37,547 nt of DNA from an uncultured Candidatus Saccharibacteria bacterium (GTDB lineage Bacteria > Patescibacteriota > Saccharimonadia > Saccharimonadales > EFPC-124): positions 1-37,547 of the forward strand of contig CAYTEG010000004.1 of the NCBI GenBank assembly GCA_964436805.1. The letters are read 5' to 3'. Each line of letters starts with the position of its first letter. The first letter of the stretch is position 1. Both the position numbers and the translations under genes were made by a program. Shown in pieces: positions 33,583 to 37,547 of the stretch. The notes under the pieces were generated by a model, which was not told the DNA's origin, ran no database searches, and saw only the letters and a program-made list of their open reading frames with translations.

Positions 33583-34608
33583 GTGGCTGTGCAAATTAAA
33601 TGGCGGCGCGATACAGCGGCAAACTGGACGGCGAATAATCCGGTGTTGGCGGCTGGCGAACCGGGGTTCGAAACCGACACCGGCGCGTATAAAATCGGCA
33701 ATGGCTCGGCTGGCTGGAATTCGCTCACCTACGGCGCGTTTTCGGCCAACCCAATTGCCGCTCTGTTTTCTGGCCGCGCAACCGACCCGTCGGCGCCGGC
33801 CGCCGGCAATTTAACCGTATATAGCAAGGCGATCGCCGGCCGTCAGATGCTTAAACAAGTTGGCCCGAGCGGGCTTTCGACGGCAATCCAGCCGTTTTTG
33901 GGCCGTAACAAGGTTGGCTACTGGTTGCCACAGGGTAATTCTACGACGGTGCCGGCTGTTTTTGGCTACACGGCGCCAACTGGCATTGGCACCGCGACCG
34001 CAGTAAACGTCACGACCACCAATGTATTTACGCGTATGCGGCGTTTAAGTTACGTCACAACCACCGCGGCCACTGCATACGCCGGCCAGCGCGTCGCGGC
34101 CAACCAAATTTGCATGTTTGGCGGGTTTTACAAAATTGTGCGTTTTGGCATAAGCGATCCGGTGGTTGCCTCGCCGTCACTTATGTTTGTGGGAGTCAGC
34201 GCCGCCAACGCCGCTCCATCTGGCGGTGGCGACCCGTCGACGCTGGTAAACAGTATTGGCGTCGGGCATGGTGGCTCCGACACCAACCTCAAACTATATT
34301 ACGGCGGCAGCACCGCTCAAACGCCTATCGATTTAGGCGCCAACTTTCCTATTAACACCACAAACACCGACGTTTACGAACTGGCGTTGTTTGCGCCAGC
34401 TGGCAACTCGAACGATATTTACTACGAAGTCACGCGCATTAACACCGGCGACGTCGCCACCGGCCTGATCGCTGGCGACGGCAACGGCATAGTGGTGCCC
34501 GCCCCAATGACCTTGTTAAACTATTGCTACCACTGGCGCTGCAACCTGGCGACCGCCCTTGTGGTGAGCATAGATATAATGAGCGACTACATCGAAACCG
34601 ACAACTAA
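33583..34608 (+). CDS. Phage tail-fibre-like protein, Mtd_N-type N-terminal domain (copy 2)
   Basis: GTG start at 33583; QIKWRRDTAANWTANNPVLAAGEPGFETDTGAYKIGNG; collinear with copy 1, same C-terminus DIMSDYIETDN. Confidence 0.8.
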   Translation: MAVQIKWRRDTAANWTANNPVLAAGEPGFETDTGAYKIGNGSAGWNSLTYGAFSANPIAALFSGRATDPSAPAAGNLTVYSKAIAGRQMLKQVGPSGLSTAIQPFLGRNKVGYWLPQGNSTTVPAVFGYTAPTGIGTATAVNVTTTNVFTRMRRLSYVTTTAATAYAGQRVAANQICMFGGFYKIVRFGISDPVVASPSLMFVGVSAANAAPSGGGDPSTLVNSIGVGHGGSDTNLKLYYGGSTAQTPIDLGANFPINTTNTDVYELALFAPAGNSNDIYYEVTRINTGDVATGLIAGDGNGIVVPAPMTLLNYCYHWRCNLATALVVSIDIMSDYIETDN

Positions 34609-34958
34609 CGCGGTATTTGGCTAATAATCCAAAACGGTGCCGTGTTTTGCTGTTTGGTGTATATTGTGCCGGCGCGCGCGGTGTCGATGTGCGCCATAAT
34701 TGTGGTGTATTCTTTTAAAATCGCGGGAGTAAGTGCCGATGTTTCGTCGCCGCAGTACACAACAGGGGTGACTGGCTGCCTGGTGTTGCTTGTAATTTGT
34801 GTAATGTGCCCGCGCACGTCAACTTGTATGGTGCGCACGCCCGCAACGGTGGCGCTGATGGTTATGCTCGCCTGGGCTTTGGCGATAGGCGCTAGTCCTA
34901 TTGCAAACAACACCCAAATAACAACAAACGCCACGGTTCGTCGCCCAGAATAAATCAT
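34605..34958 (-). CDS. Small secreted protein
   Basis: Signal peptide ending AKA; mature start QASITISATV. Confidence 0.6.
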   Translation of the reverse strand: MIYSGRRTVAFVVIWVLFAIGLAPIAKAQASITISATVAGVRTIQVDVRGHITQITSNTRQPVTPVVYCGDETSALTPAILKEYTTIMAHIDTARAGTIYTKQQNTAPFWIISQIPR

Positions 34959-35056
34959 ACGTATACTTTAAACTATTATTTACTTTTAATAAATAAAGTT
35001 GTAAAGCATAAGTAGTTTGTGATACTGACACTCCAAACAGCTGCTATAGTAAAAGT

Positions 35057-35395
35057 ATGAAAAACCGCAGCGCCAGCCGCTTTGATGTCAAAAATTGTAT
35101 TTGCGGGCGCCGGCCCGAGCTTAACCACGCTAAAACTGCGGGCGCACACCCCGATACGTTCCAGCTGCGCGCGGGCGTCGTGTGTTTTGTTATAATCACT
35201 TTTGTTTTTTATTTGGTTGGATGGTTGTTTGCTGTACTGCCAGCGCTATTTTTGATAGTTTTTGCAATCGTGGCGGCGATTGTAAAAAGAATCCGTGGGC
35301 ATACGACGTGGTGTGCTATGCGCGGCGCGTTTTTGCTGAGTGTCGCATTTTTTGCCAATGTGATCGAGGTGCTAAACCCTGCAAATTGGTTTTAA
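35057..35395 (+). CDS. Small membrane protein
   Basis: Three hydrophobic segments; TGcTATAGT 6 nt upstream. Confidence 0.55.
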   Translation: MKNRSASRFDVKNCICGRRPELNHAKTAGAHPDTFQLRAGVVCFVIITFVFYLVGWLFAVLPALFLIVFAIVAAIVKRIRGHTTWCAMRGAFLLSVAFFANVIEVLNPANWF

Positions 35396-35396
35396 C

Positions 35397-36197
35397 ATGG
35401 ATTATTCGATTATTACCAACTCGGCGCGCTACCAAGCCGATAAAAACAAAAAGAAGTTACCAGTATGGCTGCAACTTTTGCCACCGGTGTGGGTGCTGGC
35501 GATTGTGTGGTTTTTTGTGCGGATTCCGCTGCTGCTTGCCCGCCAAAAAGAGCGCAGCACACTGCTTGGCGATTTCGCAGCAGCCCACAGCATGACCTAC
35601 CGCAGCATCGCGACCGATGTTGGCAAACAACAAAGCCTTGGTTTTGCGTCACTTTTAAGCATGCCGTACGAATCGGTTAAAATCGACCGCGTTGCCGACC
35701 GCATTATGGGCAACATTGGCAACATGCCTTTTGAGTACACCGCCGCGTCGGTTAAGCTGGTCAATCCGCTCAACAATAAAAAAGACGCCCGTGGCATACC
35801 TATTACCACGACATTTTTTAGGTTGCGCGTGCCGGTTGATTTGCCAAACGTTTATTTACAGCCAAAATTTGGTTTTCATCGCGGCGTGCATGTGCCGCCG
35901 AGCGGGTTCGAGCATCCACACAAATATGTGCTCGAAGGCAATTTTGTTAATTTTTACGATGTCATTGGCGAGCGCGACGAACGGCTCGATATTTACCAGG
36001 TGCTTTCGCCCGAAGTTATGGAAGCGCTGGTTGAACATTCGTTTTACGACATTTGGCTGCACGGCCGCGAAATCGTGTTGGTCGGCTATGGCGCCGGCCG
36101 CGAGCAATATTTTACGCAGCTGCCCATCGCCTTTACGGTCGCCACCATGCTTACCCGCGATGTTGACCGCATCGCCCGTGCGCTGCGTCACAAATAA
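35397..36197 (+). CDS. Hypothetical protein, N-terminal TM (DUF3137-like fold possible)
   Basis: LP.VYL, LEGNF..FY.V and LSPEVMEAL motifs. Confidence 0.65.
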   Translation: MDYSIITNSARYQADKNKKKLPVWLQLLPPVWVLAIVWFFVRIPLLLARQKERSTLLGDFAAAHSMTYRSIATDVGKQQSLGFASLLSMPYESVKIDRVADRIMGNIGNMPFEYTAASVKLVNPLNNKKDARGIPITTTFFRLRVPVDLPNVYLQPKFGFHRGVHVPPSGFEHPHKYVLEGNFVNFYDVIGERDERLDIYQVLSPEVMEALVEHSFYDIWLHGREIVLVGYGAGREQYFTQLPIAFTVATMLTRDVDRIARALRHK

Positions 36198-36316
36198 TAC
36201 AAACCCGTAGCACACTATTGAATTTAAGCGCTACAAAGACTATAGTAGTACCACAAGCAATACATGAACAGCCGGTCTATTTCGTCTGGCTTTTTATTTA
36301 CCTAAAAAGGAGGAAC

Positions 36317-37547
36317 ATGTGCGGTATTACGGGGTTTGTTGACTGGCGCAAGGCGCCGGGCGGCGACTCGATTATTAAGGGCATGGTAAAAACGCTGGCG
36401 CGGCGCGGGCCCGATGGCAACGGCGTCTGGACGGGCGAACATGTGGCGCTCGGCCACACCCGGCTGTCGATTATCGACATCGCCGGCGGTGCCCAGCCGA
36501 TGGTGGTAAAAGGCATGCGCGGTAACCTGGTTATCACTTTTAACGGTGAACTTTTTAACTACCGCGAACTGCGCGAGGTACTAAAAGCGCACGGCCACAC
36601 CTTCGAGTCGGCATCTGATACCGAAGTTATTATGCGTGCCTACGACGAGTGGGGCGTCGATTGCGTCAAACGCTTTACGGGCATGTTTGCCTTTGCGATT
36701 TGGGACGACGACAAAAAGCAATTATTTATGGCGCGCGACCCACTGGGCGTTAAGCCGCTGTATTATTACAAAACACCGCACGGATTGGTGTTTGGCAGCG
36801 AAGAAAAATCGCTGTTCGCCCACCCCGATGTTACGCCGCAAATCGACCGCACCGGTTTGGCTGAGCTTTTTTGCATGGTGCCAATGACCAACCCCAGCGG
36901 CGCGATTTTTAAGGGTTTTACGCAGGTGCGGCCGGGGCATTCGGTAACGATTGACGCCCAAAAAATGCTAACCCGCTGCTACTGGAAGCTCGAAGCCCTG
37001 CCACACACCGACACCGAACAGCAAACTGTTAAAAATTTGCGCCGGCTTTTTGACGCGTCGGTACAAAGCCAATTGGTTGCCGACGTGCCGCTTGGCGCAA
37101 TGCTTTCGGGCGGAGTAGATTCGAGCGCTGTCGCCGCCTACGCCGCCAAAGCCCAACACGCGGCCGGCAAAGAATTACCAACATTCGACATCGACTACGA
37201 ATCAGACGGCAAAAGCTACCACGCGTCGGCGTTGCACGTTGACCGCGACACGCCGTGGGCGCAAAAAGTGGTCGCACACATACAGTCAAAACACTCGACC
37301 CATTTTGTGGCGGTTGCCGATTTGGTGCCAGCGCACAAAGCGACGCTCGAGGCGTGGGGCCGGCCGGGTTACTCGCCGGTAAACGTGTCGCTGTATTTGC
37401 TGTTTAAACACATCCGCGCATCGGGCGTGCGCACGCTTTTGGGCGGCGAAGGCGCTGACGAAGCGGTAGCTGGTTACCGTTGGTGGCGCGATCACGAAGA
37501 CGTCAATTACGACGGCTACCCTTGGCATCGCACCTACCGCTCGGCCG
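36317..37547 (+). CDS. asnB: Asparagine synthase (glutamine-hydrolysing) family amidotransferase, 3' end outside the window
   Basis: MCGITG, RRGPDG, LGHTRLSIID, FNGELFNY, SDTEV, GMFAFAIWD, ARDPLGVKPL, LSGGVDSS, GEGADE; AAGGAGG SD. Absent from the ORF track because there is no stop in the window. Confidence 0.95.
   Translation, partial: MCGITGFVDWRKAPGGDSIIKGMVKTLARRGPDGNGVWTGEHVALGHTRLSIIDIAGGAQPMVVKGMRGNLVITFNGELFNYRELREVLKAHGHTFESASDTEVIMRAYDEWGVDCVKRFTGMFAFAIWDDDKKQLFMARDPLGVKPLYYYKTPHGLVFGSEEKSLFAHPDVTPQIDRTGLAELFCMVPMTNPSGAIFKGFTQVRPGHSVTIDAQKMLTRCYWKLEALPHTDTEQQTVKNLRRLFDASVQSQLVADVPLGAMLSGGVDSSAVAAYAAKAQHAAGKELPTFDIDYESDGKSYHASALHVDRDTPWAQKVVAHIQSKHSTHFVAVADLVPAHKATLEAWGRPGYSPVNVSLYLLFKHIRASGVRTLLGGEGADEAVAGYRWWRDHEDVNYDGYPWHRTYRSA

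Noticed and set aside
26848-34608. Diversity-generating retroelement (FGE/C-type-lectin fold and Mtd_N domains are typical DGR targets)
   Set aside because: No reverse transcriptase in the window and no TR/VR pair differing only at adenines; the paralog differences are ordinary substitutions and indels.
32132-34608. Intact prophage
   Set aside because: No capsid, terminase, portal, tape measure, lysis or integrase genes nearby.

Overview
Genome segment from a small-genome bacterium, most likely Candidatus Saccharibacteria (CPR/Patescibacteria). This assignment is inferred from dense packing, TGA used as a stop codon, many genes with a -10 box 6-7 nt before ATG and no Shine-Dalgarno (SD), and N-terminal motifs I recall from that lineage. 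About 48 CDS were found; no rRNA, tRNA, CRISPR array, integrase or reverse transcriptase was seen. The most striking element is a surface-appendage-like locus at about 28.9-35.0 kb. It encodes three paralogous secreted ~200-aa pilin/WxL-like subunits, a membrane-anchored DUF916-like Ig-fold partner, a fourth small secreted protein, and a divergent operon with two tandem phage tail-fibre-like (Mtd_N/hyaluronidase-N-type) proteins, with no usher and no other phage genes. Other notable items: (1) SD-led, often GC-rich gene islets, each closed by a long hairpin without a U-tract, including an FGE-domain + MoaD/ThiS + Dabb mini-operon; (2) a class F sortase near a PNTG-terminated TolB-like protein lacking a TM anchor; (3) an XRE regulator missed by the ORF track, with a non-canonical start and tandem operators; (4) a TAG-interrupted gene; (5) an ABC substrate-binding protein remnant at an islet junction. 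All family assignments come from motif recognition by eye, not database searches.
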